From a virus (lineage: Duplodnaviria > Heunggongvirae > Uroviricota > Caudoviricetes), in the IMG/VR virus record IMGVR_UViG_3300029305_011445: a stretch of 64,000 nt of DNA. The stretch is one strand, 5' to 3'. This document shows positions 50,243 to 58,137 of this stretch, piece by piece. Under the pieces are notes generated by a model. That model did no database searches, had not been told where the DNA came from, and saw only the letters and a list, made by a program, of their open reading frames with translations. Every line of letters starts with the position of its first letter. The first letter of the stretch is position 1. The position numbers and the translations under genes are program-made.

Positions 50243-50890
50243 TACATCACTTAACTGAGGCAGTTATGTTGATATCAGTACTACTTTATTCTTTAATACA
50301 CCATGTAGCTGATGTAATTTGAAACCAGAATTGTTATAGATGCATCATCTAGTTGGGGTGGTTATTTTTGTTTCGCGGATGTTTACGAAGCCAAATACCT
50401 CATGTTAGTGATGTAGTTCTGAAACTAAGGTTATATTAGATACATCATCTAGCTGGGGTAGTTATAATTATTGATACAGAATATTTCGGATCAAATATAT
50501 CATCTAAGTGGGGTAGTTTTGGAGCCGGAACATCCATAGATACATCATCTAACTGGGGTAGTGGAGTATTGATTCTATAATTTTTCTGATATAAATACAT
50601 CATGTAGCTGAGGCATTTCTGGTTTCGTATTATCTTCTCTACCTCGTCTTATTGGTGTGATTGGCTATTAAATACATCATCTAGCTGATGTAGTTGTCAT
50701 GAGATAATGATAAATTTAGCACCATGATATATCACGTAGCTGAGGTAGTTTGAAACCAGAATTATTATAGATACCTCATCTAACTGGGGTAGTTATATTT
50801 CGGTACAGAGGAAATTTTTAATAAATACATCACGTAGATGAAGTAGTACGTACCAAAATAATAGGTACCTCATTTTGCCGGGTTAATTAT
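50243..50890. repeat. iteron-like array: ~13 degenerate copies of a ~24-bp element (consensus aTACATCAtcTAgCTGgGGTAGTt) at 43-77-bp spacing
   Basis: copies at ~50243, 50296, 50339, 50395, 50440, 50494, 50539, 50593, 50670, 50727, 50772, 50823, 50866; two subtypes (..TAGCTGATGTAGTT with CATCA/TGATG inverted arms, and ..TAaCTGGGGTAGTT); longer unit TGAAACCAGAATTrTTATAGATrC repeated at ~50320 and ~50750. Confidence 0.8.
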
Positions 50891-51210
50891 CACTCGAAAC
50901 CAGCATTCCCAGTTTCAGATATATTTGCTAGAAGAATTGATTGTATAGTGCATGTGGTGTTGTTCGCTAGAAGAGTTATATCGAAACAAGAGGTGTTGCA
51001 AAAAAAAAAAAAGAATTATGTGTGCAGGTAAGATTTTGAGAAAAGGAAAAGTGAGAAAGGGATGTTATTTTAAAACCAGATAGATTAGTTTGAAAGATGG
51101 CGGTGCAAAATACGGTGCACCTAAAAAAAACAAAAAAAAAGACGAATCCGCTTCGGAAATCGGTGCAGGAAAAGCGCACCGAAAAGAACCCGAAACGAAA
51201 GGTACATGTT

Positions 51211-51263
51211 TCACTATATATACTTCGTGCGAGGTATATACCTTGTAAAGTATATACCTTATT
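51211..51263. repeat. right inverted-repeat arm bounding the ori-like module, immediately upstream of the relaxase promoter
   Basis: see left arm; followed by a second AAAGTATATACCTT copy and then promoter motif 51280-51291. Confidence 0.75.
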
Positions 51264-51279
51264 TTTCGATAAATCACAT

Positions 51280-51291
51280 ACCATATTTATT
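51280..51291 (+). promoter_or_regulatory. consensus promoter motif
   Basis: exact copy upstream of relaxase gene. Confidence 0.6.
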
Positions 51292-51328
51292 CCCGGAACA
51301 AAAATTAATAGAAAGGTTGGTGCAGAAA

Positions 51329-52630
51329 ATGAGAGCACATGAACATACTGGAACAAGAAATAATACAACAAACTTTACTGCAAAACCTGTAAAACTTGCG
51401 CATCGAAATCAAATAAAGGGTATGACAATCCATAATGGTCGACTTGAAGCTGAAACAGGGAAGGATCTTCGTGAAAATGTAGATGAAAAAAGAACTCATT
51501 TAAACGACGTTTTGATTGGTGACAAAACAATGGATCTGTATTACGAAACTATTAAACGAATTTCCGGGAAAGATATATCAAAAGAAGATGTTGAAGATTT
51601 AGAATTTGAAAATATCAAATTTGCAAATGGAAGAAAAGTTCGAAAAGATGCAAATGTGCTGGAATGCCAATCCCAGTATCCAGGAAAAATGGTACACGCA
51701 AAACTTGATGAATACGGAAAGGTTCAGATTTTACCAGAAGGAACTGAATTTTCAGATGCTGATATCGATAAAGGCGGAGACGATGTTTTTTCGTATCCAG
51801 CAGATATGGAAGAATTTAATCGTTGGAAAGAGTTAACAATGAATTATATGGCGGAACGATTTGGTGGCAGAGAAAATATCATTCAAGCGGTATGTCATAT
51901 GGATGAAAGTATTCCCCACATCCATGCATATATCGTTCCGATGTATCACGACGTCAAGAGTAATACAGATAAACTTTCTTTGAAACATTATCTATCCGGG
52001 CCAAGATGCTTTGATGAATTACAAACCGAGTATGCAGCGTATATGAGTGAATTAGGTTATCGCCGCGGAACAAAAAGTTCTCCGGTTAAAGTAACCCCTC
52101 AGACAGCCACTCAGTTTCGAAACAGTGCTGCACGCGTACTATCTACAGTTCCAGACTCCCCTACTGCGGCAAGACAATTTGTAAACGAATTAAGTGACCA
52201 AGAATTATACGAAGAACTAAGAGGAGCTGGCGTGCAATTATATATTGCAAAAGATAAAGTCAAGAAAACAGAAACAGCATTGGCAAGCAGCAATCGTATT
52301 ATTACAAAACAATCTGATACAATCAAGAAAAAAGATGAAGAAATTAAACATCTCAAAGAACAGATTGAAGAACAAAAAAGAGAACTTGCAAAAGCACAAC
52401 TTCAAGCTCAACGTAGATTATGCGAAAAACAAGGGCTTCAAAAATGTGATGACAAAGAAGCTGTTGATGTGTATTTGCAATTTCAGGAACAATTAGTTGA
52501 AGATGGATTAGAGGTATTAAAGCTCGCCGGTCTCGACATCAATTTAAACGGTATTGATGATCGTGTCGAAAATTACATTGATAAAGACAATAATGGTATC
52601 GATGATAGACTAGAAGATAATAATAATTAA
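51329..52630 (+). CDS. MobV/Pre-family relaxase (plasmid recombination/mobilization enzyme)
   Basis: start moved to MRAHEH (ATG 51329, AAAGGTTGG RBS); motif III HMDESIPHIHAYIVP (HxDExxPHxH); N-terminal LAHRNQ (HxxR-like); C-terminal coiled coil. Confidence 0.8.
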   Translation: MRAHEHTGTRNNTTNFTAKPVKLAHRNQIKGMTIHNGRLEAETGKDLRENVDEKRTHLNDVLIGDKTMDLYYETIKRISGKDISKEDVEDLEFENIKFANGRKVRKDANVLECQSQYPGKMVHAKLDEYGKVQILPEGTEFSDADIDKGGDDVFSYPADMEEFNRWKELTMNYMAERFGGRENIIQAVCHMDESIPHIHAYIVPMYHDVKSNTDKLSLKHYLSGPRCFDELQTEYAAYMSELGYRRGTKSSPVKVTPQTATQFRNSAARVLSTVPDSPTAARQFVNELSDQELYEELRGAGVQLYIAKDKVKKTETALASSNRIITKQSDTIKKKDEEIKHLKEQIEEQKRELAKAQLQAQRRLCEKQGLQKCDDKEAVDVYLQFQEQLVEDGLEVLKLAGLDINLNGIDDRVENYIDKDNNGIDDRLEDNNN

Positions 52631-52637
52631 ACAAAAG

Positions 52638-52667
52638 GAAACCGCTACGGAATTCTCTGTAGCGGTT
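52638..52667. terminator. bidirectional terminator between relaxase gene and sigma/small-ORF operon
   Basis: AAACCGCTACGGAATTCTCTGTAGCGGTTT. Confidence 0.7.
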
Positions 52668-52854
52668 TATCTTTTGAAGAATAAGAGAATCCATACCGAA
52701 CTGGATCCAGACGTTCTGTCTTGCGGGTTTCTTTTGAAAACGGATAATCAAATGCAGAACACCATTCTCGTGTAGAAACAACACGGTTTGTTTTTATACA
52801 TTTTAAAAGCCCTGATGATTTGTTACAAAAACGACACATTATACAACTATCCAT
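52645..52854 (-). CDS. small Cys-rich protein overlapping 3' end of sigma gene (candidate anti-sigma or partner)
   Basis: ATG 52854 overlaps sigma stop (ATGGATAGTTGTATAA coupling); CIMCRFCNKSSGLLKC; the bidirectional terminator hairpin 52638-52667 is placed after this ORF, not directly after the sigma gene. Confidence 0.4.
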   Translation of the reverse strand: MDSCIMCRFCNKSSGLLKCIKTNRVVSTREWCSAFDYPFSKETRKTERLDPVRYGFSYSSKDKPLQRIP

Positions 52855-53597
52855 TGATTAACCTCCTTACTCTGTTTCATCTTGTTTAAAGCTTTTCTGT
52901 GAATCTGAGAAATTCTGGATTCGGTTACATTAAGAACCAGCGCAATTTCCGCAATTGTCATATCTTCGTAATAAATCATTCGAATCACGTCGCGTTCTCG
53001 GTCCGTAAGTTTGCTCATTGCTAAATCCAGTATGCGATGTAAATCTTCTTGTAGCGCATTTAATTCACAAACATTAAATGAATCATGACCCAGTATATCA
53101 AATGAATACTCATCACCATCTGGTGAGAATAAAATTGCATCCAAAGATGATGCCTCTTCTAAAGTAGCTAATTGTTCCAAATTCGTAAATTCTTTACTTG
53201 AAAGTTTACTAACAGATAACAACTGTTGACGAGTATAATTAGGACCGTATGTATCTTGTGCTATAATACAAAATTGTTTGAATCGCTTTTGTTGATCCCT
53301 GGTACTACGTTTAATCTGATCAAAAGTTCTTAAGTTATCAACAATAGACCCTTTGATCCTATGAGATGCATAAGTTTCAAATTTAACATCCAAAGACGGG
53401 TTGTATTTTTCAATCGCGTCAAGAAGACCTAAAATACCGAAGCTTTCATAATCCGACTGTTCTAAAAGATACGAAGCCGTTTTTGCATATAATTGTGCAG
53501 CCAAAAGCTTTACTAGACCGGCATATTCTTTTATCAATAATTCCCGATACCGGGGTTCTCCGGTCTCTTTATATAATTCAAGATTCGTTTTATCCAT
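52839..53597 (-). CDS. FliA/WhiG (sigma-28) family sigma factor
   Basis: 252 aa; region 2 ILGLLDAIEKYNPSLDVKFETYASHRIKGSIVDNLR; region 4 MTIAEIALVLNVTESRISQIHRKAL; variant motif AATAAATATGTT at 53625-53640. Confidence 0.8.
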   Translation of the reverse strand: MDKTNLELYKETGEPRYRELLIKEYAGLVKLLAAQLYAKTASYLLEQSDYESFGILGLLDAIEKYNPSLDVKFETYASHRIKGSIVDNLRTFDQIKRSTRDQQKRFKQFCIIAQDTYGPNYTRQQLLSVSKLSSKEFTNLEQLATLEEASSLDAILFSPDGDEYSFDILGHDSFNVCELNALQEDLHRILDLAMSKLTDRERDVIRMIYYEDMTIAEIALVLNVTESRISQIHRKALNKMKQSKEVNQWIVV

Positions 53598-53676
53598 TTC
53601 CTAAAACTCCTTATAAATTCATTTGTAATAAATATGTTTGAAATTCATACAAAGTAATTCCTTTGTAACGATAGCA

Positions 53677-53688
53677 ACCATATTTATT
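53677..53688 (+). promoter_or_regulatory. consensus promoter motif
   Basis: exact copy upstream of RecU-like gene. Confidence 0.6.
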
Positions 53689-53722
53689 AATGAAGACAAT
53701 ATTTAAAACGGGAGTATTCGAA

Positions 53723-54214
53723 TTGAAAAATACAGGAAAAATATTTGAAGATGATTTTAAAGCATCTGTTCCAAGAGACGTTTACTACTTACGATTACAT
53801 GATTCGTCCATTGGGTTTGATATTGCACATAGCACGCAGCGGTTTTCGTTAAAATCACCGTACGATGCAGTGCTTTGTAAAAATGGAAAAATGTATGCAC
53901 TTGAATTGAAAAGCCACAAAGGTAAAAGCATGTCATTTGGTGATAAAAAGGATAAAGTAATCAAAATGAGACAGGTCGAAAACTTATTAGCAGCAAAAGA
54001 AGTGGGCGGTGCTGTAGCGGGACTCATATTAAACTTTAGTGATTACGAAGAAACATATTTTATTGATGCTAGAAAGTTTTATGATTTTACACAAACCTGT
54101 GGTAAGAAAAGTATCAATCTTGATAATGTGAGAGAGTTCGGTATTAAAATTCCATGCGAAAAGAAAAAGACTCATTATCGATATGATTTAAATCCAATCT
54201 TAAAGAATAGTTAA
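53723..54214 (+). CDS. PD-(D/E)xK nuclease, RecU/Holliday-junction-resolvase-like
   Basis: DAVLCKNGKMYALELKSHKG (D...E-L-K core); track start ATG 53690 is only 1 nt after promoter motif 53677-53688, so in-frame TTG 53723 with GGGAG RBS preferred. Confidence 0.5.
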   Translation: MKNTGKIFEDDFKASVPRDVYYLRLHDSSIGFDIAHSTQRFSLKSPYDAVLCKNGKMYALELKSHKGKSMSFGDKKDKVIKMRQVENLLAAKEVGGAVAGLILNFSDYEETYFIDARKFYDFTQTCGKKSINLDNVREFGIKIPCEKKKTHYRYDLNPILKNS

Positions 54215-54235
54215 AAAATCAATATAGGTCTATAT

Positions 54236-54247
54236 ACCATATTTATT
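54236..54247 (+). promoter_or_regulatory. consensus promoter motif
   Basis: exact copy upstream of micro-ORF 54282. Confidence 0.55.
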
Positions 54248-54281
54248 TTCGTAAACAACTGATTCGAAAGGAGATAGTGTT

Positions 54282-54425
54282 ATGAATAATATAACGTTAG
54301 TGGATCATCCGGAACAATATGGTATTGTAGACGAAGAATATGAATTAACTGTTTTAGCGCAACAGAAATTACATCGAAAACGAAAAAATTGTGAAACAGA
54401 ATCAGAAGAGGCTTACAGTTTGTAA
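54282..54425 (+). CDS. 47-aa micro-protein
   Basis: AAAGGAG RBS, ATG 54282, MNNITLVDHPEQYGIVDEEYELTVLAQQKLHRKRKNCETESEEAYSL; promoter motif 54236-54247; hairpin GCTTACAGTTTGTAAGC + T-run right after stop. Confidence 0.45.
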   Translation: MNNITLVDHPEQYGIVDEEYELTVLAQQKLHRKRKNCETESEEAYSL

Positions 54426-54456
54426 GCTTCTTTTTTTTAGTTTGCCAGGCTTACAT

Positions 54457-54468
54457 ACCATATTTATG
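54457..54468 (+). promoter_or_regulatory. consensus promoter motif
   Basis: ACCATATTTATG upstream of SleB-like gene. Confidence 0.6.
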
Positions 54469-54502
54469 AAGCCAAATTATTGTGTAAGAAAGGAGATACA
54501 TA

Positions 54503-55189
54503 ATGAAATTAATAAAAAGAGCAGCAATTGATGCATTATTTGTGTTTGTATTAATGAACAGTACAATTCCGGATTCAGCAGCAAATGGATTCAATTTAGA
54601 CTTGTTAACGCAACATAAGAACGGAACAGTTTCAGAAGCAACAGATTTGGATTTAGACTTACATCCAGTCAAGTTTAGCACTGTTAAAAGATCTTTTGAG
54701 TCAGATTCAGTTGCGAGCATAACAAAGAAAATGCCACTATATGTAGCATCTGGTGAAGAAACTCTTTTAACAAATGATTCAGATTCCAAAACAATAACCC
54801 AAGATGTCATAGAACCTAAAAATCGTTGGAACATCGAATTAACAGAAGACGAGATTGAGTTACTCGCAAAAATCTTATGGCTTGAAGCACGTGGAGAACC
54901 AGAAGATGGTCAACGTGCGGTTGTTGAAGTTATATTCAATCGTATTGTATCAGATAAATTTCCAGACACATTATATGATGTATTAAGTCAAGATGATCCG
55001 GTTCAATTTTGTTCATGGAAAAATCGAGATAATGCAACGCCTACCGAAAAGGAATATGAATCAATCAATACTGTACTAAACGGAGAATCAGAATTGCTAA
55101 AAGAAAACACAGTATTTTTTGCAACATCTCCGCATAATAAAAATATTGATATTCAAATTGGTGGACATTATTTTTGTTACAAAGAGTAA
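54503..55189 (+). CDS. SleB/CwlJ-type cell-wall hydrolase with signal peptide
   Basis: LAKILWLEARGEPEDGQRAVVEVIFNRI...YDVLSQ...QFCSW hydrolase_2 signature; promoter motif 54457-54468. Confidence 0.8.
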   Translation: MKLIKRAAIDALFVFVLMNSTIPDSAANGFNLDLLTQHKNGTVSEATDLDLDLHPVKFSTVKRSFESDSVASITKKMPLYVASGEETLLTNDSDSKTITQDVIEPKNRWNIELTEDEIELLAKILWLEARGEPEDGQRAVVEVIFNRIVSDKFPDTLYDVLSQDDPVQFCSWKNRDNATPTEKEYESINTVLNGESELLKENTVFFATSPHNKNIDIQIGGHYFCYKE

Positions 55190-55275
55190 CAACATGAAAA
55201 CACACTGAGATTTTTCTCAGTGTGTTTTTTATAAGGACAAATTTTATAAGAGCGAACGAATTAGTATATTCATAT

Positions 55276-55287
55276 ACCATATTTATT
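55276..55287 (+). promoter_or_regulatory. consensus promoter motif
   Basis: exact copy upstream of 55326. Confidence 0.6.
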
Positions 55288-55325
55288 CTTGTATCAAATA
55301 AATTTATAAGAAAGGAGAATAGCCT

Positions 55326-55511
55326 ATGGAAAGTATTAAACAATTAATTTACGGTGTCATCGCTTTAATGTTAGGTTTATCATTTGCAAGATGGGGCGTT
55401 GCTTTAGCACATCCTGTAGCAGCAATGATTTATATTAGCATTGCAATGGTATCATTGTTTGTTGCGGCGATGTGGTTTACATTTGTTGTAACAGATGAAC
55501 TTTTTAAATAA
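55326..55511 (+). CDS. small membrane protein (2 TM)
   Basis: 61 aa hydrophobic; AAAGGAG RBS; promoter motif 55276-55287; terminator before and after. Confidence 0.5.
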   Translation: MESIKQLIYGVIALMLGLSFARWGVALAHPVAAMIYISIAMVSLFVAAMWFTFVVTDELFK

Positions 55512-55519
55512 TAATTACA

Positions 55520-55553
55520 ACACCGGATGATTTTTCGTTCGGTGTTTTTTTGT
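55520..55553 (+). terminator. rho-independent terminator
   Basis: ACACCGGATGATTTTTCGTTCGGTGT + T7. Confidence 0.75.
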
Positions 55554-55576
55554 TAATTATTTTGCAACAATAACAT

Positions 55577-55588
55577 ACCATATTTATT
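55577..55588 (+). promoter_or_regulatory. consensus promoter motif
   Basis: exact copy ~150 nt upstream of 55740. Confidence 0.55.
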
Positions 55589-55739
55589 CTGTCACAAAAT
55601 ACAAGAATGGAGTCAGACATACAACAAGTTCCAGATGCGGACAGTAGCGAGCGAAGCAAGCCGTGAAAAGGATCCGGAACGCACTACCATTCACCAAATA
55701 ATCCGACCGAAACAAGGCGGAAATTAGGAGGAAAAGAAT

Positions 55740-56936
55740 ATGGCAAAGAAAACACAGAGTATCGCAACAATGGTAGCAGGTCAGAAAAGAACTGGTCGTG
55801 AGATTATTGGTCTCATTGCGGAAAACAAAGTTGACGCAAATAAGAAATATGTGTTAACAGCGTATGATGCAGAGGAAGGTGAACTCACCTTCACAGAACA
55901 GTTACCAGACGACGCGCCAGAAGGTACAGTTGCTAACGTAGTTAAGATTACTGAGGCAAATGCAGCAGTAATGCGTTATGTAGTAAACCCTAACGAGAAA
56001 CCGGTTCCAGAGGCTTCTGTTATCAATAAAGATGGCGAGAAGTATTTAAAGATCGGTGAACGTGAAGTATACCTTGGTACTATTGAAGCGGAAAAGGTTG
56101 TTGCCGGTTACACAGGAGAAATTATTCTTGGTGTAAAGAGTGACGAAGAAGGTCAGATCGGATTACTTCGTTATGACGTACAGTTTGACAAATTTGACTC
56201 GGCTCCATTTGCAACAATTTCAGCAGATGCGAAAGTTGTTGTGGTTGCTGAAAATACTTACATTATCAATAATGTAATCAAAGATGTTGAACAGATTGAT
56301 GCAAATGGCAATAAGATTGTCGATGAGAACGGTGACGTTGTAACAAAACCACATTTAGTTGCTGCAGAGTTATTGCAGTATACTGGTAATGGACATTTAA
56401 TCTCCAGACTCTCAGATTATGAAGAATATTATGATGAGGATGAAGATGAATATTACAATGAGGCCGTATCAGCACTCAATGTTCCAATTGAAAGCGTACG
56501 TCTTGTTGAGCAGGGCGAACGTAAAGATCTTGCAATTGTTACAACAAAAGAAGTTGATGACGATGGCTATCTTGTAACCGCAGCGAATGCAACAATCATC
56601 TTATTCAGATTAAGTGATTATGCAAGAGTTGGATCCTTTGAAGTTACGGATGCAGAAGCTAAGGTTTATCTTGGTGGATCATTCCGCAAGGCTCCGGTTG
56701 TAACTGTAAAAGATTCCGGTCAGATTTTGATCCGTGACAACTACGGTTTACATGTGGTGAAAACTGCGGCTGTTGTAACTGCAATGGAAGGTTACAACTA
56801 TTTCTGTGGAACAGAAGTGAAAAAAGATGATGACGAGAATGAAGTTGTCATCTACACATACGCAAACAAAGATTCAGCAGTGAAGTCATTCAAGATGACA
56901 AAATCTGATAGAGGTATTTTGTTTGAAATGATGTAA
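55740..56936 (+). CDS. acidic hypothetical protein (398 aa)
   Basis: AGGAGG RBS; promoter motif 55577-55588 is ~150 nt upstream (long leader). Confidence 0.6.
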   Translation: MAKKTQSIATMVAGQKRTGREIIGLIAENKVDANKKYVLTAYDAEEGELTFTEQLPDDAPEGTVANVVKITEANAAVMRYVVNPNEKPVPEASVINKDGEKYLKIGEREVYLGTIEAEKVVAGYTGEIILGVKSDEEGQIGLLRYDVQFDKFDSAPFATISADAKVVVVAENTYIINNVIKDVEQIDANGNKIVDENGDVVTKPHLVAAELLQYTGNGHLISRLSDYEEYYDEDEDEYYNEAVSALNVPIESVRLVEQGERKDLAIVTTKEVDDDGYLVTAANATIILFRLSDYARVGSFEVTDAEAKVYLGGSFRKAPVVTVKDSGQILIRDNYGLHVVKTAAVVTAMEGYNYFCGTEVKKDDDENEVVIYTYANKDSAVKSFKMTKSDRGILFEMM

Positions 56937-56996
56937 TTCATAATTCAAAGAACACTCAGCCTTTGGGCTGGGTGTTTTTTGTTTGCATTTTTAAGC

Positions 56997-57008
56997 ACCA
57001 TATTTATT
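56997..57008 (+). promoter_or_regulatory. consensus promoter motif
   Basis: exact copy upstream of HTH ORF 57033. Confidence 0.6.
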
Positions 57009-57032
57009 CATAAATGTATATAAAGATGGAGA

Positions 57033-57344
57033 TATGAAATAAAAAACAACACAATCGATACACGACAAACCGGGTTCAATATTTTCTCGAAGCGAGAAAA
57101 TCTCGGACTCAGTCGTAGTAAACTTGCAGAATTATTAAATGTATCTGTGGTGATGGTGTATAAATGGGAATCTGGAGAAAAAATGCCTGGTGTTAGTACA
57201 TTTTTAATGATGTCACATTTATTTAAAACGCCCTTGGATCAAATAATTATCGCTGACAAAATTAAAATGCAAGATTATTACACAAGAGTCAAAGAATTTG
57301 AAGCAGAAATAAACGAACCAGAAGAAGATTTTGAACTAGAATAA
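57033..57344 (+). CDS. XRE-family HTH regulator interrupted by an in-frame TAA at codon 3 (possible pseudogene or non-canonical start)
   Basis: ATG AAA TAA then in-frame ...IFSKRENLGLSRSKLAELLNVSVVMVYKWESGEKMPGVSTF (complete HTH) with no canonical start between the stop and the HTH; promoter motif 56997-57008 and AAAGATGGAG RBS point at the ATG 57033. Confidence 0.4.
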   Translation, partial: YEIKNNTIDTRQTGFNIFSKRENLGLSRSKLAELLNVSVVMVYKWESGEKMPGVSTFLMMSHLFKTPLDQIIIADKIKMQDYYTRVKEFEAEINEPEEDFELE

Positions 57345-57358
57345 GGACTAGATAGATA

Positions 57359-57811
57359 ATGAGTTGGATAGAAGAGCTTAAAAAGAGAGCAGAAGCAACT
57401 TTGGGACGTCCCCACGAACAAAAAGAAAGCAATAATAACATACTATCAATGAATAAGCAACAATCGCAACAATTATCATTTGACGAAATAAATAAAATTG
57501 TAAAAGAGTTATTTGTTTCAAGATATAAGATTCCAAAAGATTATGAAGTGGAAGTATTTGGCGGTAAAATAATGTTGTGCGGAAACAACGAGATACAAAC
57601 ACTTGGTGTGTTCACATACACGAACCCGGAATGTATTTTTATTGAAGAAAATATAATGAAGAGATATTTGGGAATCAAAAGGGATGATTATCAGGTAATA
57701 TGTGAATCAGATATATCAGTTCAAGATGAATGTTTGATGGATATAAAACCGTTAGAATCATACATAGATACAGAATATGATGAATTAGATATTGATATTG
57801 AACTGGATTAG
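57359..57811 (+). CDS. hypothetical acidic protein
   Basis: 150 aa, 14 nt after the HTH ORF (operon); terminator 57838-57877 follows. Confidence 0.55.
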   Translation: MSWIEELKKRAEATLGRPHEQKESNNNILSMNKQQSQQLSFDEINKIVKELFVSRYKIPKDYEVEVFGGKIMLCGNNEIQTLGVFTYTNPECIFIEENIMKRYLGIKRDDYQVICESDISVQDECLMDIKPLESYIDTEYDELDIDIELD

Positions 57812-57914
57812 CATCTTAAATTCACAAAATGCAAAGAAAAAATACCCAATTTTAATTAATTGGGTATTTTTTTTTAACAAAGTGTTGACATTTGTATTCA
57901 TATTGTATACCATG

Positions 57915-58112
57915 TATGTGAACGGGATATATAGTATATATCCAAAGAACACTTCGAAGATATTAAATTTACATATGCTATTTGTGACGGCATTGATGTC
58001 ACAACGGTTATCTGTTACAACCGTAATGTTAAACAGCGTTGGTTTATAATTTAAATCATCGAAAATATAAGAAATTTTACCTACTAAGTCAATTTGCTTA
58101 GTAGGTTTTTTT
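57915..58112 (+). ncRNA. candidate small RNA between two terminators
   Basis: perfect TTGACA (57885-57890) then TGtATACCATgtatg; ~190 nt; ends at strong hairpin CCTACTAAGTCAATTTGCTTAGTAGG + T7 (58080-58112); only an RBS-less overlapping ORF. Confidence 0.3.
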
Positions 58113-58137
58113 ATTGCTCATTTTTATAATTCCACAT

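Noticed and set aside
50243-50890. Possible CRISPR array (about 13 repeats of ~24 bp with ~30-bp intervening sequences)
   Set aside because: Repeats differ at several positions from one another, spacing is irregular (43-77 bp), two repeat subtypes alternate, and no cas genes are nearby. This fits iterons, not CRISPR.
50976-51371. ORFs 50976..51371, 51065..51277 and 51097..51342 inside the repeat module
   Set aside because: Low-complexity translations of A/T tracts and inverted repeats with no RBS; the region is better explained as non-coding ori/oriT.
53690-53722. ATG 53690 as start of the RecU-like gene
   Set aside because: Only 1 nt after the promoter element, so it cannot be downstream of the TSS if the element is the promoter; the in-frame TTG 53723 with RBS was preferred.
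55740-56936. Phage capsid or scaffold assignment for the acidic 398-aa protein
   Set aside because: No recognisable structural-protein motifs; composition alone is insufficient.
57792-58049. 85-aa ORF from the track
   Set aside because: Starts inside the preceding gene, has no RBS, and spans a terminator hairpin and the candidate sRNA region.
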